Source: Ylistrum balloti
Taxonomy: Eukaryota
Direction: 5' to 3'
Length of the DNA: 64,000 nucleotides
Assembly: GCF_031769215.1 (NCBI RefSeq)
Contig: NW_026782030.1
Coordinates: 62,001 to 126,000, forward strand
The notes beneath the pieces are model-generated. The model saw nothing but the letters and a program-made list of their open reading frames with translations. It had not been told where the DNA came from and did not search any database. Both the position numbers and the translations under genes were made by a program. Below, in pieces: positions 1 through 12,720 of this stretch; the first letter of the stretch is position 1; the number at the start of each line of letters is the position of its first letter.

Positions 1-174
1 TCGACAGAATTCGACAGAATTACTTTCTGAATTTGCTTTAGAATTACGTTTAATAGTATGAATAACTGTTGGAATCAATGATTTTATATGCTGTAATGAA
101 TAAGTTTATTTACGAAAATTGAAAAAATCTCTGTCTTATCCGGTGAAGTTCATTTCAGCGCAGAGCAATTATTT

Positions 175-400
175 TGGCGTACGTCATCAGGCAAAATTCA
201 GCTTAACGTCAACGACAGGTAAACAAAGATTGAACGATATAACTGCTGAAGTTTTGATTGTCTGATTTTCAATCAAAGTTGCAGGATAAATAGAATACAT
301 GTTCAGTGTCTTAATAAATAATTCATTTTGGCCTGGGACAGTAAGACTTAATGGCTCGCCAGATGCTTGGCACTTTTTGTCTATCTCCACTCTCGCCAAA
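175..400 (-). repeat. Dispersed repeat, with related copies at about 36545-36720 and 52530-52700 (+)
   Basis: Shares (A/G)AGACACTGA(A/C)CATG(T/C)ATTCTATTTATCCTGCAAC with 52600-52640, and TGATTGAAAATCAGA...AAAACTTCA...GTTGACGTT..GCTGAATTTTG...CCAAAATAATTGCTC with 36590-36710. Confidence 0.65.
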
Positions 401-3400
401 ATTCAGCTGATATTTTAAGACATTGATCATGTATTCTCTATTTATATTATCTTATATGACAAGTCATTGTTATATGACGTCACTGTTGACCCCGTCATTA
501 ATCGCTCAATATTTACTGATTCCGGTAGTCTGTGGGCATTAGCGTGACTACTTTCATTGTTATTGTATGCTAAATGGATGGTACTAGACATTTAATCTTT
601 CTGATCAATTCTTTGTTTATGATGTACCAACCAGTGCACATTTTGTTATTTTTGTCTGTTAAGAATAGGTTCGTGGCAGCGTCGCGGTGAACCATTGTGA
701 GGGTCTAGCATGTGTTATATGTGTAATGTTTTATTTAAAAATGCCATGTGTTTACACTGCCAAATGGTGAAAATGGAACGGGTTTTGTGCAATACTTCAT
801 GCCAATTTCATTCATCTTTAATGCCTATTTAAATTCATATATATTTACATATTACCACTTGTAGTTAATGACTGTTTCAATCTAATATAAACGGAATCAC
901 AGATTTGACAGAAACGTTTGAGAGAGATCTGTATTGATCGTAAAATTCCAATGACGAGCAATTGATATTGGAATCATCGATAGGCGATAATGTCTGTTCT
1001 GTGCAATAAAAGTAATATTGTATTACCCTATTTTATATGAAGCAGAAAATGAAAATCATCTGTGACTTTACAAATTTGCATGGCGATCTCCAAATGTTCA
1101 GTTGATAATATTCAACACTTCTGATTCAAAACATAACGCAAAATGGTAGTTTCTAAGACTTCATACTGGAAAACAAAAGTGGATATGCTTAACATGTTGA
1201 TATGTAAACAATATCATTTCAGATAAATATAGGTATCGATTTAATTAATGTAGATGTCTACTTCGTTAACTATATAATGATTAGCTATCTCATGACAGTT
1301 CACAAAGATTAAATGATTGTTTTTGATTACAAATATTTTCAAATCAAAGTTGCGGAAGACGCCATTTGATGTACGGAAAAAATCCAGCTTTATTGTGTAA
1401 AGTTGTGTTTTATTTATAACATTGTAAGACTCTTTCGTATGTAAAAAAAAAAGTAGTTTTAAACGTAATTTGAGATGCTGAACAGGAGTTTTACAAACAT
1501 TGACATCATTTAAAATACTGGAGAGTTCATACAATCTTACAGAGCCTATACGAGAAATTCAGCAACAAACTATGAAGGACGTACACGTCAGTGTATACAT
1601 ATAAATACATCAATGGATAATATAATCTACATTGGTTTTATTTCGAAGTTTATTTTATTCCATTTCATGTAGTTACCCATAATTATGGTACTTAAACGAA
1701 AACGTCTGAATGGTATAATGAGGTTGATTTGTAGATAACGATATATTGAACGTGGATTTATGTGATTTGTTGTTGGTTGTTTTCGGATGTGTGCAGAGTG
1801 AGAGACTGAACATAGGACAATAAACACAGGTGAAGATATTTGTACAGAAGGACAGAAATATGATGAAGAGTAATTGATCGTTGTATTTAACTGAAAGTTT
1901 CAAAAATCAAATATATATGAAATTTCAGTTTTGACTTCATTCTGTGGTGATGCACTTGTTCTCATTGTTTATCTTTCGTGTTGAAATTTGTTGAAGAATG
2001 AATAAAGCAGCTTGTCAAACAGAGAAAATTAAAAAGTATTTTAGTTGTTATTTTCAATAGTTTGTGTGTATAATAAACGAAAAAAATTGACAAAACACAC
2101 AGTCTCCATGAACAATCAGAGAAAAACACGTTTTACATCTCATTAAAAGTTGATTTTATTTGCCTTGAGCGAAAGAGTCGATTAAAATGCCACTGTACAG
2201 CTGGAGACGTCTTAGCAGCAATAGAAGATAGGTGATTTTATGCGAAAATTATCAAGTGTCTCCTTCATATCCTTTCTTAACACTCTAATGTCTAGTGTCA
2301 GTTACTGAAATCTGCCGGCATATGACTTGAGCTGATACAAAGATATGTAAACTGAACTGAACGAAACAAAGAAAAGCTGACAGTCAGGTTTACAGGGAGC
2401 CCAGGTAGAGAAATCTGAGAGGCATTGTTTACATTAAGAAGGTTCAACTCTGTCATGATAAATAAAAGATATTTTATCTGTTACATTTTTAGCAGTGTAA
2501 TATATGATATTACGGTGAAAATATAAGTGATGTTAGTACAAATATCAAGTTTTGATTTTTTCACTGATATTTTACCTATCAAACCACCTTATTTGCAGCG
2601 AGAATATCAATTATCACAGAATGCATTGTGAACTTCAGGAACGACAACTCGGATAGAAATAGCCCTATGAGTTAGTAGTAATTTCGCTTGTTAAATTATA
2701 TGATGATCTGTGACTTTGATGCAAAAACTTCGCATCCGGTGGTGTAATGATATGAGAGGACACATTGCAGGTATCGCCAGAGTGGCAAATTCAACATGGC
2801 ATCAGAGGAAGGTGTGAAAAACACGTCATGAATAGAATAATCACTTTTTGGTGGCATTTCTATTTCACCTCATGAGATGGAAACTTTGTGACAAATACAA
2901 ATGTTTAGAACTGCATTTTATCAAGAAACAAAGGATATGTTCTCTTCCTTATACATTAGATCCTCTTAGGATTCCTGATGCACTCCTCTGTAATATCATG
3001 GAGTTGGTGATGTCACAAATTTACCTCTTATAGCTGTAAAGATATCGGCGATCATTGGTTTGGTTTGATATTTAAATACTTAGATAATTAAACGTCGGCG
3101 TGGCGTGTGCATGTACCGATTTTATAGTGTTAGTACACTGAAGTATACTGCCGAAGGTACCCAACATGACGTCCCATCACATCACACTAACAACGGAAGG
3201 ACAGTCTTAACACGATTATTATGCTAAACGTTAAGCAGGGAGGTATGACTCGGCTAAAACACATACTTTCTCACAACACTCATCTAAGGCTAAAAGTGCG
3301 GTAGCGGCAGTGGAGGTGTCCGTATTTCTTAAATAAATAAATATCTCATCATGTTGGATAGAGTTTGCCCATGTAAATTGCCATATAAGAAAATTGTATC

Positions 3401-4854
3401 TTACATAGGTTTTCGCTTGCAAGGTAATCTGCGTTCAAGGGGCACAACTCTTACAGCATTGCTGGTTTACATTGATCTGTAAGCTGACATCTGACATCAA
3501 CATATCGACAAAGTTCCAAAATTCAGTGAAGATTAAAAGATGAGAATAACAATCCATATAAATCTGTTTCTGGTAGAAAACTTTTGGCGTACATAACGAA
3601 ACAATTGTTTTGTCATGGATCTTAACCTATCTTTACTATATATACAGCGTAATCACATACAGAATAATTTTCCATCAGCGAATGATAGTTATTCTGCAAA
3701 TACCGAGAAAAGGATAAGAATTCGCAAAATATGGCTAGATGATCGTTAGGAATATCAAGTTTGTTTTTATGAAAATTTGGGGATGGATTTTTAAAAAATA
3801 AGAAAATAATTTATTATTATTATATATATATTTTGCAAACGTTTAGAGTTGATATGAGAGAGAAAGACTTATTCATTATGCGTGTATCTATAGAGTATCG
3901 GGTTTCATCATATTTTGTGACTCCGGGATGGAATATCTCTATCCTACATACATATATGATCCTTACAACACCAATGATCGGGTTGGTTTAAAGGGACGCA
4001 ACTCCTGTAACTTTAGGGAAACAAATTTCCAATTAAAATAGCTTAAAATCACATTAAACCACATCAAGGCGTTTTAGTTGAATCGAAGACTCGTTATTTT
4101 TGTGGTAGTCGTCACTCATCCATACATTTATTGTAGCATTCATGCGAATGTCCTAACACATATACTAAAATCAGAAAACGATCCAGATATTTTTTAATGT
4201 TTACTGTTGGTGTGAGGCAAGCTTGGACAGTGACAACACCGTATAACGTCCAATTGGAACTCGCTTAACATCTTAAACTAACATTGTTTCGTTGTTCTTG
4301 TCTTGTTTGTTTTTTTCCGTTTGAGCATATTTTTCTTAATGTGTCGTTACATTAAAATATTTAAGACACGGTGTAATAAATCCTATTTATATTTCCACTG
4401 ACCTTGAAGTCTGTATATCTACCAAGATAATCAGAGGTTATTTCTAACGAACTTTCCAGTTGGCGTACGACATTGTCATTATACATGAAAAGGCAGTTAG
4501 TGTTTATACCCCATAAACCTCAACATGGCTTTATTCAATTATTAATTGACTACATAATAATTTAGAGAAAACGGGACCAAAGGAGACATTTTCGCTTCAT
4601 CAAAGATAGCATCTCCCGTTGAGAGATCGATACACAATATGTAAAAAAAAAAATGTTACCTATCTATGTATCAAGGGTATATTTATGAAATGTTAATATT
4701 GACACAAAGATCAAGTGTTGTGTTGAGATAACTGTCAGTAGCCAAAGTTTATCAGAAAATAGAAACAACGAAACAAGAATTCCTTATCATTCGCTTATAA
4801 AGATATAACTTTCCGTCCGAAGAGGTATTCCATGTGGAACCATTACCTGATAGA

Positions 4855-7800
4855 ATGAAGCGACAACACGTCAAAACCATTGTACAAATCAGCGGATTTC
4901 TTCTTATTTTCATGGATTGTTTCGGATCAGGTAAGTAAAAAAAAATTATTCCGTTTTGTTTTTTTAATTACATTGTTCATGGTTTTACAGCACAGAATAA
5001 TGAACTTATACACTTCGTCATAAATTCTGGCGGTCCTGTATCTCCCAGGTTCATCTCATTATATCAATATATCTTTATTCCAAACACTCAAATGTCTTAT
5101 CTTTTTCCAAACTTGATTCTTAATTTCTTCACACTCTACGCCTCTCTCTCCCCCATTCTCTTTGAACCTCACAAAACATCTCATTGCTTTCCACTCCTCA
5201 AACCCTTACATGCGTTTGATCCCATTGTCACCCCTCACTCTGCATGTGTGGATGTCAGATTCTTTCATCCTCCAAAATGTAGTCCTGTGCATCAATCCAC
5301 TATTCATCAGTGTAATCTTAACGGTTTTTTTTCATGTCCCATCAATACTGATATTTATAGACGGTCATGTTAGTGCGAAAGGAGTTTTTAGGAAGTTGTC
5401 ATTTGTTCGTGAAAATTCTTCTGTTGCTGCTGTACTGACCGCGGGTACCAATATTGAAAATGGGCAAGCCACTTCTTTAATTAAAAGCGTTGAGCAGGCA
5501 GTTGGGTCTACAATTTATAAAGAAACTCGAATATGTCTTTGTCATGAACTTAAATCCAAATATTTCCTCACGGGAATGAACGTTGAACTAAAGGACAAAA
5601 GTGATGCAGCGCTAAGGATAAAATGGCTATTAACAGTTGGCGAAGAGAAAAGAGTAGTTTCCAGATCAAACCGTTCTTACTAACAGGGGGCGGAAGACAC
5701 TATCCCTACCAGCATCGCAACATAAGAATGAACATACATTGTAGCAATTTATACATTCCAACAACGTCACGTTGTTTTAAAAGCCTGGCGTTAAATTGCG
5801 CAAAGTGCATTACAATAACGATGGAATATTTTTTCGAGATTGTTGATGAAGTGGAATAGACAGATACCCGTTACATTTGTCATCGTTTATGAGTTCTAAA
5901 ATACGAAACGACCTGTTTATTACATCCGTTTAGTTTACATTTTAGTGTACTTACCTTTAACTGGTCATCTGATGAAGATGATAGAATGAAGTTAATGAAA
6001 GGTCTTACCATGTACATGCATTCAATTCCTTAACAGTTTTTCCACAGGAACATATTCACTACAACCAAACGATAGTATTTCAAAATAAAATGTAACTTAA
6101 TCTGTGTCTTTCTATTTTTTAAATGTGCCAATTTAGTAGGGTTTTCCAGTAAGTATATCAACACACCCCATGATAGATATGGGAGATCTTCATGAAACGT
6201 GTAATATAGTCGACATCTATCTGTTTTAGTGGAGATGCTTTGAAAATTCAGATGGTTGCTGAAAGATATTAAAATCGATCTTAGGATGAAAAAGTAATTA
6301 AAAGGAATAAGTTTTCACTATAGTCAATGTGGTTTTGATGGCTTACCCTCACAGAATGTTACCTTACTGTTTTCATCATTATGCTACAGCCATTTCGTTT
6401 AGTGGATTACTATCTGGATTGTATCGTATAGTGTAATCGACAGTGTAATCATCGATCAATACAGTTGAAACTCGTTGTCTCGAAATCGCTTGAGTCGAAA
6501 TTCCGTTTGAGTCGAAATAATTTTCAAGTCCCGATTTCTTTCCTTCAATATCTTTGTAATTTTAGTTCGGATGAATCGAATTTCTTTGAGTCGAAATTTC
6601 GGTTGACTCGAAGCGAGTTTTCAGTCTTTATTTTAATTTTATAGCAAGGGAAAAGTCATACGTTGTTTTGAAAACAATTTTTGTCAAAACCTCGGCACGT
6701 CTTGTGACGAAATTGTTCAAGTCACAGAGTAGAAAGTCACCGGTGCGTGACACATGGCTAATTACGGTGTATCGGTCCATGGGACACACCACTCTTGGTT
6801 TCTGGCGACTAATCTAATAGGTTTGCTTCTTAATTAGTGTCGCCATCCTGTGGCAGTGACCTACCTGTCCGTTTAAAAAAAAACGCGTTTACACAAAACA
6901 TGTAGCCATTTAGCGTGGGTGCGTGTATCTTCAGAAAGGATCAAAAAACGAAACAGTCAACCCAGTACGAACTTTTTGACGAAATCTAATACCCTCATTT
7001 CTGAGAGAAATTAATCGTGAGCTTGTTCTCTTAAGGACTTTTACCGGGCACTTTGTCAGATCTAGTGTTTGGACAATGAAGTGCTGAAAATATTTCTCAT
7101 TGATAGAAGGCTATATCTGTGCGTGGTTTGTTAAGTCTAGTGCTTGTACAATGTTTTCTGTAACAGGTAAAAACTTTCTAGTGACGCGTTTTTCATATGT
7201 TGTTCATAATAAAGTCAAATTGTTATGATATGTAGCTTCATACATCGTTTCTTGTAGTGTATCAAAAGCAAATTTTAATTTCGTGATATTGTCATTCCGT
7301 AAAATATATAAGGGTATTGTACAAGTGTGCTGGACGGAATGATGCGAGTACAAATGTATATTATTGAGTTGTTATTACACGTTTTGTCGTTAAGATGTAT
7401 AAACAATAAAAGGAGAGAGTAAAAATAAATTAATTTGTATATTTACTGCCATTTCAAATAACAGATTAAACTATGCTGTTTAATTGCTATCGTAGTCCTA
7501 CTTCGTTCAGTCTTAACACAACATCAGGAAACCTTATTTATACACTTTGTTTGAGTCGAAATTCCGATAAGTCGAAATATCTCCACGGCATAAGATAGAA
7601 TGTAAAAAAATTTTTCGAAAGCCTGTACCTCACAAACTTTACTAATGAAATATGTAAAGTATGGCAAAGGCTGCGGGGTGTATAATGAGAATGAAACAAC
7701 AAACAGAGGATAAATGTATTATATAATGTATATATACTTATAGAAGAACCTTCAAACTGGGAACCTAAACGATATAAAGATAGAAAAAACAATGATAAGG

Positions 7801-10800
7801 TGTTTGTGAAATATCGATGTTTGTTTGCTTGGCAACAGGTACATACAACGGCCATCCACCAACAAATACTCATTACATATGTATTCGCTGCGCATTTAAA
7901 TGGCCGTAGTTGTTGACAATCAAAATTTAGAGTTAATCAAAACAAATAGGATGAAGCCACATTTACATTAATTTCAAATGGTATCTTTTCTTTAGGATGT
8001 ATTTTGTCACCTGACTAAAAATTAAATACATTTCGTGTTTTTCAGAAGCCTTACAAAAGAAATCAAAACATCATGTTCGGATATTTTTTGAAAAACAGTT
8101 TGACTCGACACAGTATTTGTAACGAAAGATTAAAATTATAATTGAAAAAATCTTTCTAATTTACAACCTCTTAATTTGGAATCGTTAAAAAAATACCAAT
8201 ATGGCAACATAATCTTAATTCAAACTTAAATTCCATAAAACGAGAATAAGACCATGTATTCCGGAAGATTAAGCGTCTTCTGCTTCATCGACGACACCTG
8301 ACATGTAAACCTTGGTAAATCCACATAAGTAATGTCACATTCTCAAATGAGAACAGGGTATACAACAACGGAACTAACAGCCAAACTTTATATCACACAA
8401 AGAAATAGAATATTTGTCAATGAGATCACTATGGCGACCATAAAACCCCATTATTGAGCCTTAGATGAACTTAATTTCACTGTCTTTCTGGCGTTTTTTT
8501 TTCAGAAATCAGAAACACCTTTTATCGTAGAGACGACCGGTACAGCCAAATGGTACCAATTTACGGCATTACATGGACAATCACAAATACTTCAGTCCGT
8601 TGGTGTTTGTTTGCATGTCTAAAGGATGAGGACTGTGTCTCCATCTTCTTCAATAGTGGCACCTGCCATGGGTATCCCGAAAAGATTCACGATATGATAG
8701 AAATAAGACAAATTTATGGAACTAGTTACTACGAAATTGCAGGTATGTTGTCCTATGTACCCCTCTGAGAAAAAAATCTAGCATTATTTTTTTTCTGATA
8801 ATTACGTTTTGAACGATTTTAGAATGTAGATTAAAAGCAAAATATCGAAATGTTGCTGAACTACTTTTACAGGCGTCAGAATATGTGTAACAGGATAAAG
8901 CCAAATTTATAGAGGTTGCTTTTCGTGATAAAAAGAGGGGGGGGGGGGCTCGGTGTGGAGTGGCTGGACACTATTGTCAATGAAGTTTAGTGACTGACTG
9001 GAGACTAATGTCAATGAAGTGTAGTGACTGGACAAAATTGGCAATGAAGTGTATTGGCAAAAAAACTAATGTCAATGTAATTGAGTGGCTGGACAATATT
9101 GTTAATGAAATGTAGTGGCTAAACTCTTGTGGATGAAGTATAGTGGATGGACACTCTTGTAAATGAAGTTTATTGGCTTGGCACTATTGTCAATGTAGTG
9201 TAGTGTCTGGGCACTATTGTCAATGATGTGGCTGGGAAAGTTTGTAAATGTATTGCAAAGATTGGGCACTTTTGTTGATGCTGTGGAATGGCTGGACACT
9301 CCTGTCAATGATGTGCAATGACTGGACACTATTGTCAATGAAGTGTAGTGGTTGGACACTATTGTCTTTGAAGTTTATTAGCTGAAAACTCTTACAATCC
9401 ATATTGAATCGTTTTGACGTCATAATGAGAATATTACAGGGAACAAGCACACAAAGAAGAAAACTTGGGCGGCTATAAGTAACTAGATAATACGTCGATT
9501 GTATAAGGTTATGGTTATCAATTATCCAATAGTCGCGAATATCTTTAACGAACTTCACTTTTCTATTTACGTTTTGTTCAGTCAATTTTCAATATTTGAA
9601 CACAGGACCAATGGGAAATGTAGCTGCAGGGAAAACGGCAATCCAGTCGTCAAATTATGGATTGGAGAAATACTATGGTCCAGCTCTTGCACTGGACGCA
9701 GTGCGGCATCCTTACCAAAATGACCCTGACATTAGTCGCAAGTCCTGCTCCCATACACGTTCTGATGCAGATAATTTCCCCTTCTGGCAGGTCGACCTGG
9801 ATGCACTATATCTGGTGTTGTATGTCTCCTACTTATCCAGAGATCAGTGTTGTGGTAGGAAAAGTGTTTAATTTCATGTAGTATTTTAAGGCAGGAGTGT
9901 AACAACATTTTAAAATGTAAACACATTACCTCTGAATCCATAGATTAAAAATTAGAGAGAAAGAGAAATGAATCAGAACTCAGAATCAATTTTGGAGTAA
10001 GACAATATTTGACTAAAACCATTTACACGGAAATTCTAAAAATACGACGAGTAGCATAAAACGAGTGCTTCTAGATTTTGTTTCTTTCTCATAGATAGTC
10101 TGAGAATGGAGAAATGGGCATTCATTCATGCATGCCAGCTTTATGGTATGTTCAATATTAAATAACAAATCATATACAACGATAAAATCAATTACATGTT
10201 GATTAATGCACATGAGATATGTTTATTGTTTAAGGTTGTGCACCTTACCGCCGTATACTGTATATATTAGATACGGTTCTATGATTCATTTTAAGCTGAA
10301 AAAAGTCGTATCCTCTTTGAGCAGCATTGTAGCTGGTTCCAACGATTTCCGCGATTAAGCAGTAATGCTCCTTCCCTCTTCCCATTGAAGACGTCATCAG
10401 CTTCCGGCCCGATGTTTACATGTCGTTTCTCATCATGGACAGATTTGCTGAATACATTTATCTTTAATGATTCGTTTTCTTAGATATCAGCGGTAAAATA
10501 TAACAAAACATTTGTCGACTGGTGTTTCGGTCAACATGTGTTATGTTTACTTCGTCATTCGTCCTCAGGCAACAGTTTAGTAGTCTGGTTGAACATAACA
10601 CATGTTGACTTCAAACCCTGTCAAAAATGTATACTATGTTCTAATGGAGAACAAGGAACGTTACGTGTACTTCCGGGGAGTACACGTGCAATCTACCGAT
10701 TTTGTAATCACTTTCACACGATCCAGATATACGCGTGATATTGATGACTTGTCATACATGAGTTCACTTAATATGCAAGGTGATACAACAATATATCGGG

Positions 10801-11908
10801 TGCAAAAACAACAGGAAAATACCAATATAGTAACATAATCATAATTCAAACACAAATTGCATAAAACTAGGGCAAAATACGAACAACAGAAAGATTTACA
10901 CGGAAAAAGTACCAGGAAAAATACGACCAGGTGTTCTAGAATAATAAGCGTCTTCTACTTCATCAATGAAACCCGCAATGTAAGTCTTGGTCAATCCAAG
11001 TAAGTAATGACACTTTTTCAAATGAGAAAAAGGTATACAACATGCATCAAATACTTCCAGCTTTATATCACACAAAGAAATTCCTCATAGTTTTCATCAA
11101 ACTGCATCTTTTGAACCCTTGTGCTACGAATTTGTCAGATTTCTTGCAAAAAAATCGTTATAATGGGAACAGGCCTCTGAATATCGAATCATTTGTGACA
11201 TGTAAATACTATAAATTGGAGATGCAGAGAAATTGCTATCAAGAAATGGATAATTCACTATGGGGAAATTGAAATCATTCGTTGTAGGAAAAGATCGAAA
11301 TAAGAAGATGATGTGCAAGAGTCTGCCGTCTGATAATATAATCTTTATTAGTCACAGAACTATTGAACTTATTATTAGTAATTAGAATATTGCAAGATTA
11401 ATGTTTTTTTGTTTTAAAAAAAAATCCGAATGTCTAATTCACTAAATAAATCCATTAGTTTATTTGCAATCTATTTGACGAAGACGAGAATTATCAATAC
11501 ATTTTTGCTCTTGCAGCCAATTGAAAAATTATATCTGTAACAAGTTATAGAAAAACGAAATTATTTTGCTATTAAGGTTGCGTGCTTTTGTATCAAAAAT
11601 ATTTTATCGTGACGTCACTGCTTGGAAAGAGCAATGAAACTAATAATTAACACTATATAAAAATAAAAAAACGTAACTGCAAAATTTTACTTCCATTATA
11701 ACTTATTATTAGTCTGAACATCACTGTAGCTGAAACAGCGAATGGACCACGACATTTGTGTATGTACTATCCTGGACCGGGCTTTATGAACCAGATGAAA
11801 ACGTTTTACTGCGAGACACCAGTGAAAGGCCAGTTCGTGAGAATCTCTAGGGATGAAAGGGTACTGAACATGTGTGAGTTGGAGGTGTACGGCTTTCCAT
11901 TGCACTAA
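4855..11908 (+). CDS. Secreted PAN/Apple-domain + F-type lectin (fucolectin/FTP, F5/8 type C-like) protein
   Basis: Exon 4855-4930 encodes a signal-like peptide (MKRQHVKTIVQISGFLLIFMDCFGS, phase-1 GTAAGT donor). Exon 8506-8742 is PAN-like (WCLFACLKDEDCVSIFFNSGTCHGY; C-x3-C-x5-C). Exon 9582 (or 9606)-9854 is the FTP N-half (NVAAGKTAIQSS...ALDA...SCSHT...PFWQVDL...RDQCC). Exon 11713-11908 is the FTP C-half (LNITV...FYCETPVKGQFVRIS...LNMCELEVYG, TAA). A possible extra exon lies at 5361-5600. The 9854 donor is phase 1 but the 11713 acceptor is phase 2, so that junction is unresolved. Confidence 0.75.
6460..7600 (+). mobile_element. Non-autonomous Tc1/mariner-pogo-type DNA transposon remnant (left TIR intact, right end truncated)
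   Basis: TA followed by CAGTTGAAACTCGTTGTCTCGAA at 6460, then arrays of TGAGTCGAAAT subterminal motifs at 6490-6615 and 7550-7580. No matching right TIR is visible. Confidence 0.55.
8255..8410 (+). repeat. Dispersed repeat, second copy at about 10925-11075
   Basis: AAGCGTCTTCT(G/A)CTTCATC...TAAGTAATG(T/A)CAC...CAAATGAGAA..GGTATACAAC...CTTTATATCACACAAAGAAAT occurs at both places. Confidence 0.65.
8950..9390 (+). repeat. Degenerate 30-bp minisatellite (about 14 units), intronic in the lectin gene
   Basis: Consensus near GTGGCTGGACACTATTGTCAATGAAGTGTA. It explains the spurious ORFs 9102-9359 and 9220-9585. Confidence 0.75.
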
Positions 11909-12214
11909 ACAAAGTCAGTGTATTTCTACATTTTTCGGAAAACCTGTAAATGGTGTTTAAGTTGTAGCATATCTCAAACCAATTCTCAGCATACTCGTAA
12001 AAATATAGTTTGAAAATTTTTGATAAAAAATGACGAGTGGTGCAAGGTGAAAATGTTGGATTAGAAACACCGTAGCTTATATATCATACTTAAAAGCACG
12101 TGATTTGCCAATCTTAAGTTGTTTCAAAATCTTATTTTACCTTTAAGCATATTTGTACAGTATTTATCACTGATATTCCTGCTACGATATTGTATTCCTC
12201 TTGTGAATCATGTA

Positions 12215-12720
12215 TTGTATGGCGGCCATTATTGTAGATTTGGCTCCAAGCTCAGATATGGATATCTAAACTTTCCCATAGCATAAAAAAACTGTGGAGC
12301 TGTACTTGTGTAACTGTTGAGTGTATGTTGTAAGCTTCATGTTAAATCTACTTGTCAGCTTTCGGCTTGAAAGTTTTTAAAAAATTTTATGGCATCGGTA
12401 CACGGACGAACTTAAAACGTTACAAGCCGCACCACACTTACGGTTATACTTTTAGTAAGTATTCGAATGACTTCAAATGCAATATCTAAAAATTATGTAA
12501 CATAATGGCGACTGTAGCTGCCATGTCGGAAGTTTGAAAAGGTAATTTCGGATTTTGCTATTTGGATAAAAAAAAACACCTGGTCAGGACTATCTCACGA
12601 TCATTTTAGGAACGTTTGAGCTTAATCCCATTTCAGATTTTGACCAACGACACCATGGCGGCCATCTTAGATTTCGACCTCCTTGTAATATGCATAGGCC
12701 ATAAAATACCAGATAAATTC
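12215..12720. repeat. Probable degenerate interspersed non-autonomous element
   Basis: ATGGCGGCCAT(T/C)TT motif at 12219 and 12655, typical of common mollusc interspersed repeats. Boundaries are uncertain. Confidence 0.35.

Noticed and set aside
187-399. 70-aa ORF on the - strand
   Set aside because: It lies in a dispersed repeat with non-coding copies at about 36550 and 52540; no protein motif.
1241-3560. Short ORFs and exon-like segments on the - strand (e.g. LTLDIRVLRKDMKETLDNFRIKSPIFYCC*, CHSGDTCN)
   Set aside because: No consistent exon chain, in-frame stops, and no recognisable family.
9102-9585. ORFs of 85 and 121 aa on the - strand
   Set aside because: By-products of the 30-bp minisatellite (period divisible by 3).
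10370-10410. CTGATGA followed by a hairpin on the - strand (hammerhead-like)
   Set aside because: GAAA is replaced by GAAG, and no stem I or valid UH site can be formed.
11610-11617. TGACGTCA CRE palindromes here and at about 475 and 42401
   Set aside because: Isolated 8-mers, not at plausible CaMKIV promoters; cannot be distinguished from chance.
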